From Candidatus Babelota bacterium (GTDB lineage: Bacteria > Babelota > Babeliae > Babelales > Vermiphilaceae), in NCBI GenBank assembly GCA_039809905.1, contig JBDHVY010000001.1:660001-692000 (forward strand): DNA of 32,000 bases, given 5' to 3'. Positions within the stretch are counted from its first letter, which is position 1. Each line of letters starts with the position of its first letter. Shown here piece after piece: positions 8,820 through 17,337 of the stretch. The notes beneath the pieces were generated by a model. That model searched no databases and had not been told where the DNA came from. It saw nothing but the letters and a program-made list of their open reading frames with translations. A program made the translations under genes and the position numbers.

Positions 8820-10121
8820 GTGAAAATGAATGTGTATACTTTTTACAAAAAAATACAGCATATAGCTCTCGTGTTATTGTTAACTGGTGTTGGCACAATA
8901 ATTACAAAAGGTGCAAAAAAGGTATTGTCTGAACCGGTCTATAATCTACCATTAGAACAAAAGCAAGTTATTCAAGATATCGTACCTGCTCAATCAAAAA
9001 CTATCACGTCGAAAAAATTATCGCTTGAACAAATTCATGCTTTATCATCAGAACGAAAACAGGATACTCAAAGCTCTATACCAACCAGATCAACATCGAT
9101 TATTCCAGCTCAGCTGACAACAGATCTTTTTACGCAATCGCAGGCGCATATGTCTGTACCTGAAGTAAAAAAATTAATTGCTGCAACCTATAATGTCAAA
9201 CCATATCAAAAGCTTATAGATTCAATTGTTGCTCGTGAAAAAGAGTATGAATCAGAATATGTTTTTTATCATGGTATCGATAATATATGGCGAGTTCCAC
9301 AGGATGTGTATACACGTCTGTATTTTCATTTTAATCCATCGCTTTCTGCCAAGGATTTTATATTTTTGCGCTTTGAAAATGTTCAAGGCCCTCAATCAAT
9401 ACAGAATTTTTTGGTGAGTCAGCTTAAATCAGGCGGCTTGATAAATGATCATACAATGGGATTGTTTCTTATTGCAGCTAATTTAGCTCTTTTTGGTAAC
9501 GTAGGAACTGCACCTGAATGTACTTGGCAGTATTTTATAAAATCACGAGGTCATGAAATTCCCAATCGTTCTACCTACGAGAAAATTATGAAAGCGTTTG
9601 GCTTAACGAATAAATATATTGACGAACTAATGGCTCTTACTAAGTTATATGAAACTAAAGAAGAAACCATTTTACAGATATTTATTCCCAAAAATAAGGT
9701 TGATGCTATTGGTTATTTGGCGTGGATTAGAGGTATTCCTGCGCACCAAAAAACAATGGATTTAGTGTTAGAGAGTGTTAAGAGTAAAAAATTTCCTAAG
9801 ACTGCTCCAGCGCTTGATTACTACAGTCAATTATTTAAAAAAGAACAAGAATCTAATCCTATATTTAAAAATTTAGTAGAGCATATTATATCGGGAGATT
9901 TTAATCTCAATTATTTTCTTAATTTTTATCGTAATAGACCAGATGATATAGAGGGTATTAATAATTTTCAAGCGCGTTTGGTAGTAACACCCGAAGTAAT
10001 ATTAAATCCATTATCTGGAGTGAAAATGTTTCGATATTCAACGGCAAAACCCGAAAAACTTAACGATTACGAGAAGAAATTAGATGCGCTTATTAAAAAG
10101 ATTGTTGCTGAAAAGAAATAA
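8820..10121 (+). CDS. Exported protein of unknown function, tandem paralog family copy 3
   Basis: 433 aa; hydrophobic N-terminus (HIALVLLLTGVGTIITKGA); shares VFYHGIDNIWRVPQDVYTRLYFHFNPS, NLALFGNVGTAPECTWQYFIKSRGHEIPNRSTYEKIMKAFGL, IGYLAWIRGIPAHQKTMD, SGVKMFRYSTAKPEK with copies 1 and 2. Confidence 0.85.
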   Translation: MKMNVYTFYKKIQHIALVLLLTGVGTIITKGAKKVLSEPVYNLPLEQKQVIQDIVPAQSKTITSKKLSLEQIHALSSERKQDTQSSIPTRSTSIIPAQLTTDLFTQSQAHMSVPEVKKLIAATYNVKPYQKLIDSIVAREKEYESEYVFYHGIDNIWRVPQDVYTRLYFHFNPSLSAKDFIFLRFENVQGPQSIQNFLVSQLKSGGLINDHTMGLFLIAANLALFGNVGTAPECTWQYFIKSRGHEIPNRSTYEKIMKAFGLTNKYIDELMALTKLYETKEETILQIFIPKNKVDAIGYLAWIRGIPAHQKTMDLVLESVKSKKFPKTAPALDYYSQLFKKEQESNPIFKNLVEHIISGDFNLNYFLNFYRNRPDDIEGINNFQARLVVTPEVILNPLSGVKMFRYSTAKPEKLNDYEKKLDALIKKIVAEKK

Positions 10122-10124
10122 TCT

Positions 10125-10601
10125 TTAGCAACAGTGCTTGTGATTTGATTTCTCTTTATAAATACCAAGAGCTATTTGTTTTCTTTCATCTATCTGCTTG
10201 ATAAATCTTTTTATATAAAACAGATGATTATAATACTGAGCAAAGTCAGTCTGAAAATCTATATTTCCATTAAGTACAAGCACTGGAAGATGTTGAACGG
10301 CTTCAGGGCTATTTCTATTTTCTATAAATAGGCTTTCTTTTTCAGCATATATGGTTTTGATGCTATCTAAGGAGATAGAAGCTTCACCTAAAGTATTATT
10401 TTTAAGGCGATTGTATGCAATTTCTGGCATAACGCGGACATAAATTATGCCATCGGGATGATCATGATGATGATCATTGCATGAAGCATGTTTTTGAATC
10501 CAATCGCCATATATCATGATGGTGCATGCAAGAGAGTCTTCTTGAAGCCGAGTTAAAAATGATACTATATCGGCGCCTAGTGTGCCATCAAGAAGAAGCA
10601 T
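10125..10601 (-). CDS. Truncated/degenerate deoxynucleoside kinase-like protein
   Basis: 158 aa; N-terminus MLLLDGTLGADIVSFLTRLQE resembles a P-loop with GAGKS changed to GADIV. The C-terminal half YGDW...PDGIIYVRVMPEIAYNRLKNN...ISLDSIKTIYAEKESLF...LPVLVLNGNIDF resembles the dNK C-terminal half. The central region (lid/DRS) appears missing. Confidence 0.6.
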   Translation of the reverse strand: MLLLDGTLGADIVSFLTRLQEDSLACTIMIYGDWIQKHASCNDHHHDHPDGIIYVRVMPEIAYNRLKNNTLGEASISLDSIKTIYAEKESLFIENRNSPEAVQHLPVLVLNGNIDFQTDFAQYYNHLFYIKRFIKQIDERKQIALGIYKEKSNHKHCC

Positions 10602-10621
10602 ATGAAATCTCTTTATGTTTT

Positions 10622-11452
10622 TTAGTCACAATACAATCTTATCTTTTCATTTTCGCCTTTTTTATATTCTTGGTCAAGAAAATATGGGCGTAATTTTATA
10701 CTAAAAAAAGGGCGTAATTGAATTGTTTGTCTTTTAAATCGTTTTGTTTTTGGATTCATAACTAATGCTTCTACTTCAATAATTTCATTTCTATCTTGCT
10801 GATTTATAACAGCTGATTTAAGATCCCGCCATTTAATTTTAGCGAGTCTATCTTTTTCAGCGTTTGTCCAGTGTCCTTTGCTTACGCCTTCTTTTTTATA
10901 TCGCTCTATTTCTTTTGCACGAGCTTTATGAAAATTCTCAAAAAAGCGATCTTTGTAGGTATCAAAAGTGGTGATATACGTAACATTCCGAGCTTTTCGT
11001 TGATGTTTTACATCAGGGTTTGCTTCGCTTGAATAAGCAATAACAGCCCAAGTATTATCATTTTCTGCCTTAATAAATTCTGTTGCTTGTTCTAAATCCC
11101 ATCCCAAAGTTCCTGAGAGAATGGCTTCTTGAAAAAATTCATGCGCAGCTGTTTCAATAGGATGTTCTTCACCTTCATCTCTGCCCCCACTAAAATCGTC
11201 ATATTTATGCAATTTGCCAAATTTGTGTTTTCGACCATAAGCTTCTCGAGATAAAATAGCGTAAAGTTCGCCATCCTCAGTGATTGTTGGCAAAACTGAA
11301 GCTGAATAACAACGGTAATCAGCTAATGAAAATGTATCAGAAGATTGAACTTGTGATGGACAACTTGTTGATTTTAAAGCTTTTGATTTATCGCATCCGG
11401 TTAAACCAAGCGTCAAAATAAGGGTTAGAATAAGACTGTATTTTTTTAACAT
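10622..11452 (-). CDS. Lipoprotein with Nudix-like domain (degenerate Nudix box)
   Basis: 276 aa; signal plus lipobox LTLGLTGC; GRDEGEEHPIETAAHEFFQEAIL matches the Nudix box spacing Gx5Ex7REUxEExGU with R->H, E->Q and G->I. Confidence 0.65.
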   Translation of the reverse strand: MLKKYSLILTLILTLGLTGCDKSKALKSTSCPSQVQSSDTFSLADYRCYSASVLPTITEDGELYAILSREAYGRKHKFGKLHKYDDFSGGRDEGEEHPIETAAHEFFQEAILSGTLGWDLEQATEFIKAENDNTWAVIAYSSEANPDVKHQRKARNVTYITTFDTYKDRFFENFHKARAKEIERYKKEGVSKGHWTNAEKDRLAKIKWRDLKSAVINQQDRNEIIEVEALVMNPKTKRFKRQTIQLRPFFSIKLRPYFLDQEYKKGENEKIRLYCD

Positions 11453-11552
11453 TACAAACCTCTATGTTTTGTTTATTTCATTTTGCATTTAACATAGCGA
11501 TCTTGTTGTGGATTAAAAAAGAGTATTGCAAAAATAATGTTATAATTACTGC

Positions 11553-12743
11553 TTAATCGGTTATTATCCGTGTAATAAGCGGGTTAATTCCCGTGATTAT
11601 TTCTCTGACATTTTTTATTTCACCTAATGTTGCCAGTCTATGAGCATGTATCTTTTCATCATCGCCAAGCAATATAACTTCATCACCGGTCTGTGCTGTT
11701 ACATCAGTAATATCAATGATGGTCATGTTCATAGCAATCCGGCCAAGAATAGGAGCATAGGAACCATTAATGTGAACTGTTGTTTTATTAGAAAAATTCA
11801 ATTTATAGCCGTCATAATACCCAATTGGAAGCAATGCAATACGTGTTGTTCTTTTTGTTTGATAGCTACCTGTATAACTAATATACGATCCTTTTGGGAC
11901 TGTTTTAATATGAGCAATATGTGTTTTCCATGTCATAACCGGCTTAAGATCTGCTTTGTCTAATCCAAGACCATAAGCACCAATGCCTACGCGGAAAAAG
12001 TTAAAATGTTCTGGGTACGCTATTGTAGAATTGCTTGCTGAATTTCCCATGTGTATGTGGGTAGGAAAAATGTTGTTTTGATGTAATTGAGCAATGAGAG
12101 TATTAAATTGTTCAAATTGGTAAGAACTAAAAATAGGGTTGCTATCGGATGCTGAAAAATGACTATAAATACCGCTTATGGAAATATGGCTTAATTGTTG
12201 TAGTTGGCAGATAAACTCATAGGCATCTGTTGCAAGAATTCCCATGCGCGATAATCCAGTATCTATTTTTATGTGTACATTAAATTGATAGGAATATTTT
12301 GTGCCTATATTATTGAGATTCTGTGCGTATTCTAGATGATCCATCATAAAATGAATATTTTTGCCTACTGCGTATTCAGGGCTTACATCACTATATCCCA
12401 AGACCAAAATAGGTTTGGTGATATTTTGCAGTGCGAGAGCTTCAGAAAGCTGTGCAACGCAGATCCAGTCAACATATTCGTTTTTTTCGCAAAGATTAGC
12501 TATTTGCTGTAACCCATGTCCGTATCCATTGCCTTTAATGACGATGGCGAGCTTATTATGCAAGCCAATTTTATTTTTATAATAGGTGATGTTGTGATTG
12601 AACGCACTCGTGCTGATTTCTAGATAAGTTTGTGGGAGAAATTCTGTGCCAACAATAGGTATTTTTGGGTAGGATGGCATAAAGGCTTTTTGTAGGGTCA
12701 TTACTTTCCAAAATAGTAAAAACAGTGATGAATACGGCATCAT
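11553..12743 (-). CDS. alr: Alanine racemase
   Basis: AIVIKGNGYGHGLQQIA (PLP lysine region), HIKIDTGLSRMGI, ISGIYSHFSASD, VRIGIGAYGL, IALLPIGYYDGY, LGRIAMNMTIIDIT, GDEVILLG. The start is probably downstream of 12743 on the minus strand (for example the internal Met of MPSYPKIPIVG). Confidence 0.93.
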   Translation of the reverse strand: MMPYSSLFLLFWKVMTLQKAFMPSYPKIPIVGTEFLPQTYLEISTSAFNHNITYYKNKIGLHNKLAIVIKGNGYGHGLQQIANLCEKNEYVDWICVAQLSEALALQNITKPILVLGYSDVSPEYAVGKNIHFMMDHLEYAQNLNNIGTKYSYQFNVHIKIDTGLSRMGILATDAYEFICQLQQLSHISISGIYSHFSASDSNPIFSSYQFEQFNTLIAQLHQNNIFPTHIHMGNSASNSTIAYPEHFNFFRVGIGAYGLGLDKADLKPVMTWKTHIAHIKTVPKGSYISYTGSYQTKRTTRIALLPIGYYDGYKLNFSNKTTVHINGSYAPILGRIAMNMTIIDITDVTAQTGDEVILLGDDEKIHAHRLATLGEIKNVREIITGINPLITRIITD

Positions 12744-12944
12744 GATAAAAAAAATAGATGAAAAAGTCCATAAAAACAGCCTCTTTGTTTGCCAGATTGA
12801 ATAATTTTTTGTATTATTAATTGAGTGAATAAAATATATTTTATTGCTATTTATTGAGATTTTTTAATGCCTCTTTTTTAAATTTTTCAACTCAGGACCC
12901 AATAGAGGTAATGGGAGATTGGGTTACAATATTTAGGATTTTTA

Positions 12945-13679
12945 ATGATTAAGAAAAAAGATAAAGAAACCAAAGGCGAATTAATTTTTGGTATTCATCC
13001 CGTTGTTGAGCTTTTAAAAGCAAAGCGTCGTAAACTCATTTCTCTTTATACTACAAAGCCAACTCCGCAAGCATTCGAAGATATTCAAAAAGTATGGCCA
13101 AAATATCCTGTTCCTATACAATACGTTGCACGTGAAGTGCTTGATCGCATGGTTGGGACAACAGATCACCAAGGTGTTGTGGCATGGACGCAAGCATTTC
13201 CTTTCCGTAAAGTGTTTTTTGATCCTAAAAAACATAAGTTTTTGGCGATGATTGATGGAGTCCAAGATCCGCGTAATTTAGGTGGTATTTTGCGTTCAGC
13301 ATATTGCACTGGTGTTGACGGTGTTATTGTTATTAAGCGTGGAGGTGCTCAATTAACTGGAGTTGCTATTAAATCAGCAGCAGGTTTGAGTGAACATCTT
13401 GAAATATATGCAGCGCAATCAGCGCAAGCAGCAATCACAGAATTGAAGAATGCGGGATACAATATTTATCTTGCAACTTTTGATGGTGAAAATGCGGCTA
13501 CTTGCGAATACAAAAAATCTTTATGTATGGTTATTGGTGGTGAAGGCATGGGTATTTCAAAGTCAATTTTATCGTCCGGGACTCATGTAACATTACCACA
13601 AAAAGCCAGTGATATTTCCTATAATGCATCGGTTGCAGCTGGTATTTTATTATTTATAATCTCAAACAAAAAATCTTGA
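12945..13679 (+). CDS. rlmB: SpoU/TrmH-family RNA 2'-O-methyltransferase (RlmB-like)
   Basis: FGIHPVVELLKAKRRKL, DHQGVVAW, LAMIDGVQDPRNLGGILRSAYCTGVDGVIV, MVIGGEGMGISKSIL, LPQKASDISYNASVAAGILLF. Confidence 0.88.
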   Translation: MIKKKDKETKGELIFGIHPVVELLKAKRRKLISLYTTKPTPQAFEDIQKVWPKYPVPIQYVAREVLDRMVGTTDHQGVVAWTQAFPFRKVFFDPKKHKFLAMIDGVQDPRNLGGILRSAYCTGVDGVIVIKRGGAQLTGVAIKSAAGLSEHLEIYAAQSAQAAITELKNAGYNIYLATFDGENAATCEYKKSLCMVIGGEGMGISKSILSSGTHVTLPQKASDISYNASVAAGILLFIISNKKS

Positions 13680-13689
13680 GAAATGGTGT

Positions 13690-15081
13690 ATGTGCAACAT
13701 TAATGTCCATAAGATTAAGATAATTGTTTTATCAATAATCTTTTTGCCATTTGTTGATCAAACTTTATTAGCATTCCAGCTTCCTGATAGCGAAAAAGTG
13801 CATCTATTGGGTGGAGTATTGAGGTTTGTTGATTGTCAAAATATACACAACCAAAAGATTGCAATTGATGATTGGGATAAAAATACTGTAGCGAGAAACC
13901 TATCAGTATCTTATGGCATAAAGCCAGCTTTTGGCTGGTTTTCTTCAGAATCTATACCAGTTGCTATACAAACAATAGCATTGGGCAAATATTTTTGTTT
14001 ATTTGATTGTCGCACAGCTATAAAAGATAATATCTTAAATGGTCTATGCGAACCTATTGCAGTAGTATCTCCTTGTGGTTGGAGTGAGCAATTACAAAAA
14101 ACAGGTTTTTGTTTTTATCTTAATGCTGCAACAAAAAACGAAACAAGGCTCTTTTATATAGCAAAAGTTGTTGGAGAAAGAGCCAATATGAGATTCTTCC
14201 ATCAAGATCAAAATGAACCTCATAAAAGGCATATAGTAGATGATCAGAGCTGTATTAGGTCCTCGTGGGGTGGTGGTGTCGATAATGATATTAGTTATAG
14301 TGCAGCTCGATTGCCGAGTTTTTTGGAATGGATTAATTCCTCTATCTTTTATTTACGAAAAAATAATCACTTATCATTTGTTTCCTATGTTCCTGATATT
14401 GTTAAGAAATCCACAGAGATTCAATATCATTCAGATGGGCTTTCAGTAAAACAAGGACCTCTCTTTATTTATGACAGTCCTCATTGTATATATTCTGATA
14501 ATTCAAAACAAATCCAATCAAAGTCATTACCTTTATTTTCTCAAGTAAGAAAACAAGATAGGTTTTTTAGGCCTAAGAAAAATATGACAATGCATGTAAT
14601 AGGCCAATATATTAATAATAAAAAGCATATGGTATTATTTGATTGTACCCAATTAATGCGTAGTGCTGCCTATGAAGATTGTTGTAAGCCAGTAGCTGTT
14701 ATTAATTCTGAATTGTCGAAAATAGATGGTTTAGGTATTTATGAATGGAGGGCTGATTCTGGGTATTTCTTTCATATACAGAAAATAGTTAATGATCATG
14801 CGATTTTTTATCATGGTAATTATCCGATTACCTTTTATAAGGATGTTAAAAAAGATAAAACAGAATTCTACAACAAACCAACCAAAGATTTTGATCAAGA
14901 ATTTCCTATGCTTTGTGGTGGATCAACTTCTAATGAAGGCTTATCAAGCACGAGTCTAAAAATCACAGTCATATTGCCAGCTACAGTTAATAGGCATAGT
15001 AATACAATTCTGGCATCTCTATTGGCAGTTAATCTGCTTCTCTTTTCTGTAATAATATATGAACTAAAGTCTACACTTTAA
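13690..15081 (+). CDS. Exported/membrane-anchored protein of unknown function with two repeated modules
   Basis: 463 aa; N-terminal signal (IIVLSIIFLPFVDQTLLA), C-terminal TM helix (ILASLLAVNLLLFSVIIY); modules at roughly residues 89-172 and 297-381 align with each other. Confidence 0.75.
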   Translation: MCNINVHKIKIIVLSIIFLPFVDQTLLAFQLPDSEKVHLLGGVLRFVDCQNIHNQKIAIDDWDKNTVARNLSVSYGIKPAFGWFSSESIPVAIQTIALGKYFCLFDCRTAIKDNILNGLCEPIAVVSPCGWSEQLQKTGFCFYLNAATKNETRLFYIAKVVGERANMRFFHQDQNEPHKRHIVDDQSCIRSSWGGGVDNDISYSAARLPSFLEWINSSIFYLRKNNHLSFVSYVPDIVKKSTEIQYHSDGLSVKQGPLFIYDSPHCIYSDNSKQIQSKSLPLFSQVRKQDRFFRPKKNMTMHVIGQYINNKKHMVLFDCTQLMRSAAYEDCCKPVAVINSELSKIDGLGIYEWRADSGYFFHIQKIVNDHAIFYHGNYPITFYKDVKKDKTEFYNKPTKDFDQEFPMLCGGSTSNEGLSSTSLKITVILPATVNRHSNTILASLLAVNLLLFSVIIYELKSTL

Positions 15082-15189
15082 GAAATATAAAATATAATTC
15101 ACATACATAAGGTTAAAAATTTAAATTATTGACTATTTCATTTCCAAAAGAGTAATACATAAGCAATGGGGTTCAATATTGGGGTTGAA

Positions 15190-15882
15190 ATGAAAAAAAG
15201 TCTATTAATTTTTTCTACCACAGCATTAATGTTTTTTGTATGTAAGCAAAATTCATCCCCTATCTTTTCGGTGAATTCATATCGATTTATTCAAACAGGT
15301 GTTCTATCTGATGATTATTTTTCTTCTGTTACTATGTATGCAACGCAGTTGCTTAATGATAATTATTCAACACATGGATTTATTACCCAATTAAAAAAAA
15401 AATTTGCTGTTTTGGATAAGATTGATGTGGCGTATCGACCATGTGGTACCTATATTATGATGCATACAGATAAGCCGCTGTGTTGCATTAATCAAGATCA
15501 GATACTTACAGTACACAATCAGCTTTTTCCAAAAGACTATTTTTCTTATCCTCTTCTTGATTCTCTTTCACATGTTACTATCGCTGAAAATTGTTTCTCA
15601 AAGATTGTGCCATTGATTCCTTCATTATTATCTGAATTGCCTGCTGACTTTAACCAAACATATGATCTTGAATTGCTTAACGAACATTGTCTTTATATGC
15701 GTAATAAACAAGAAAAAACTTTTAATATTATTGCTACGGCTACACAAAAAAAATTATCACCATTGCTTGCTCAATGTGCGCTTGTGAAAAAAAAACTTGC
15801 TGAGCGTAAAGATTTTAATGCAAAGACTAATTGGATAGCAGATATACGATTTGCAGATTATATAATTGCTTATAAAACATAG
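15190..15882 (+). CDS. Putative highly diverged FtsQ/DivIB cell-division protein
   Basis: Signal-anchor N-terminus; LKKKFAVLDKIDVAYRPCGTYIMMHTDKPLCCINQDQILT resembles the FtsQ POTRA/beta region; the C-terminus WIADIRFADYIIAYKT resembles the FtsQ vDLRFxxGxxxR ending; directly upstream of ftsA. The track start at 15166 is less likely than 15190 (SD ggggttg). Confidence 0.5.
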   Translation: MKKSLLIFSTTALMFFVCKQNSSPIFSVNSYRFIQTGVLSDDYFSSVTMYATQLLNDNYSTHGFITQLKKKFAVLDKIDVAYRPCGTYIMMHTDKPLCCINQDQILTVHNQLFPKDYFSYPLLDSLSHVTIAENCFSKIVPLIPSLLSELPADFNQTYDLELLNEHCLYMRNKQEKTFNIIATATQKKLSPLLAQCALVKKKLAERKDFNAKTNWIADIRFADYIIAYKT

Positions 15883-15973
15883 AATGCCCTAGGACTGAGG
15901 AGTTTAACTTGTCCTTGGTAGTTTTGACGAAGTAGGGTATGTAAATGGGGCTAAAACAAATTGGGGGGATATA

Positions 15974-17206
15974 ATGGCGCGTTTAATCAAAGAGAATGTT
16001 ATTACTGCAATTGATATTGGAACAACAAAAATTTGTGTTCTTATTGCTCGCAAAATGGGCGATCAGATAGAAATTATTGGTATAGGAAAATCTCCATCGC
16101 ATGGTCTGAGTAAAGGCGTTGTTGTAGACATTGCAAAAACTATTAATTCCATTACTCATGCGGTTAAAGAAGCAGAAATGATGGCAGGTATGCCAGTAGA
16201 ATCAGCATATATTGGAATTTCTGGTGCACATATCAGTTCTGTTAATTCAAGCGGTGTAGTGCCTATTAAACAAGGAAAAATTAAACAAGCTGATGTTGAT
16301 GGTGTTCTTGATGCAGCAAAAGCAATAGCTGTTGCGGAAGGATGTCAAATTCTACATGTGTTGCCTCAATATTTTGTTATTGATGGAACAGATCAAGTAC
16401 AAGATCCTATTGGTATGCATGGAGTTCGTCTTGAAGTGCAAGCACACATTATTATGGGAGCAGTATCATCGGTACAAAATCTTGTAAGTTGCTGCCAGAG
16501 TGCTGGCATAAGTGTTAATGATGTTATTTTAGAACAACTTGCATCTGGTGACGCAGTATTGAGTGAAGATGAACGAGAATTAAGTGTTGGTATTATTGAT
16601 ATCGGTGGTGGAACATCAGATGTAGCATTTTATAAAAACTCTGCAGTACGACACACGATGGTTCTTCCTGTTGCAGGTAATCATGTAACTAATGATATAG
16701 CAATTGGTTTGCGTATTACTAAAAATGAAGCAGAGCGTATAAAAAAGCGATATGGTTTTGCAATAGCAAATCTTGTTGAAAACGAAGAATTAATTGAAGT
16801 TGAAATGATGCAAGGACAAGATTTGCAGGTAATTAGACTTTCAGATCTTGTGCTGATTATAGAATCGCGCATGAGGGAATTATTTAGTTTAATAAACAAT
16901 GAAATACATACTCACCAATTACAAAAATTTATGACGAATGGAATCGTGTTGACTGGTGGAGGATCTTTGCTAACGGGAGCTCGTGAATTAGCAGAAGAAA
17001 TTTTTGATTGTCCGGTGCGTATTGGAACTCCACGAGTGTTATTTGATTTTGTTGAAACGTTGCAGAGTCCTTTATATGCAACTGGCTATGGATTGCTTGT
17101 GTACGTTATGCGTAATGAGAAAAAAATAAAAGTAGATTTAAGTGATGAACCATTGACGCGACGTGTTCTTGAACGAATGAAGTCTTGGGTCTCAGATTTT
17201 TTTTAA
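15974..17206 (+). CDS. ftsA: Cell division protein FtsA
   Basis: 410 aa; VITAIDIGTTKICVLIARK, GISGAHISSVNSSG, VGIIDIGGGTSDVAFY, GIVLTGGGSLLTGARELAEEIFDCPVRIGTP; strong GGGGGGA SD. Confidence 0.96.
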   Translation: MARLIKENVITAIDIGTTKICVLIARKMGDQIEIIGIGKSPSHGLSKGVVVDIAKTINSITHAVKEAEMMAGMPVESAYIGISGAHISSVNSSGVVPIKQGKIKQADVDGVLDAAKAIAVAEGCQILHVLPQYFVIDGTDQVQDPIGMHGVRLEVQAHIIMGAVSSVQNLVSCCQSAGISVNDVILEQLASGDAVLSEDERELSVGIIDIGGGTSDVAFYKNSAVRHTMVLPVAGNHVTNDIAIGLRITKNEAERIKKRYGFAIANLVENEELIEVEMMQGQDLQVIRLSDLVLIIESRMRELFSLINNEIHTHQLQKFMTNGIVLTGGGSLLTGARELAEEIFDCPVRIGTPRVLFDFVETLQSPLYATGYGLLVYVMRNEKKIKVDLSDEPLTRRVLERMKSWVSDFF

Positions 17207-17222
17207 GAAAATTTATTTTTTT

Positions 17223-17322
17223 AAAATCTTAAACAGGGGTTCCCAATATCTTTGCATCAGCTCAGGATGAGCGGAAAATCTTAAGCGGAGTTCCTAGCGG
17301 AGTGTTAACATAGCTGGGGTAT
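17223..17322. repeat. Degenerate G-rich intergenic element (ftsA-ftsZ intergenic), two internal copies
   Basis: aaaatcttaaacaggggttcc (17223-17243) and aaaatcttaagcggagttcc (17275-17294) are imperfect direct repeats; a related sequence aaagtcttaattggggtcccc lies at 29833-29853. Confidence 0.5.
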
Positions 17323-17337
17323 AAAAAGGAGATCGCT

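Noticed and set aside
7835-9417. Plus-strand ORFs 7835..8047 and 9226..9417 and minus ORF 8670..8861
   Set aside because: Alternative-frame ORFs inside, or largely inside, the tandem paralog genes; no independent evidence.
12890-12930. Short palindrome-like sequence acccaat...attgggt upstream of the rRNA methyltransferase gene
   Set aside because: Only a ~7-bp stem with a long purine-rich spacer and no T tract; not enough to call a regulatory element or a member of the G-rich repeat family.
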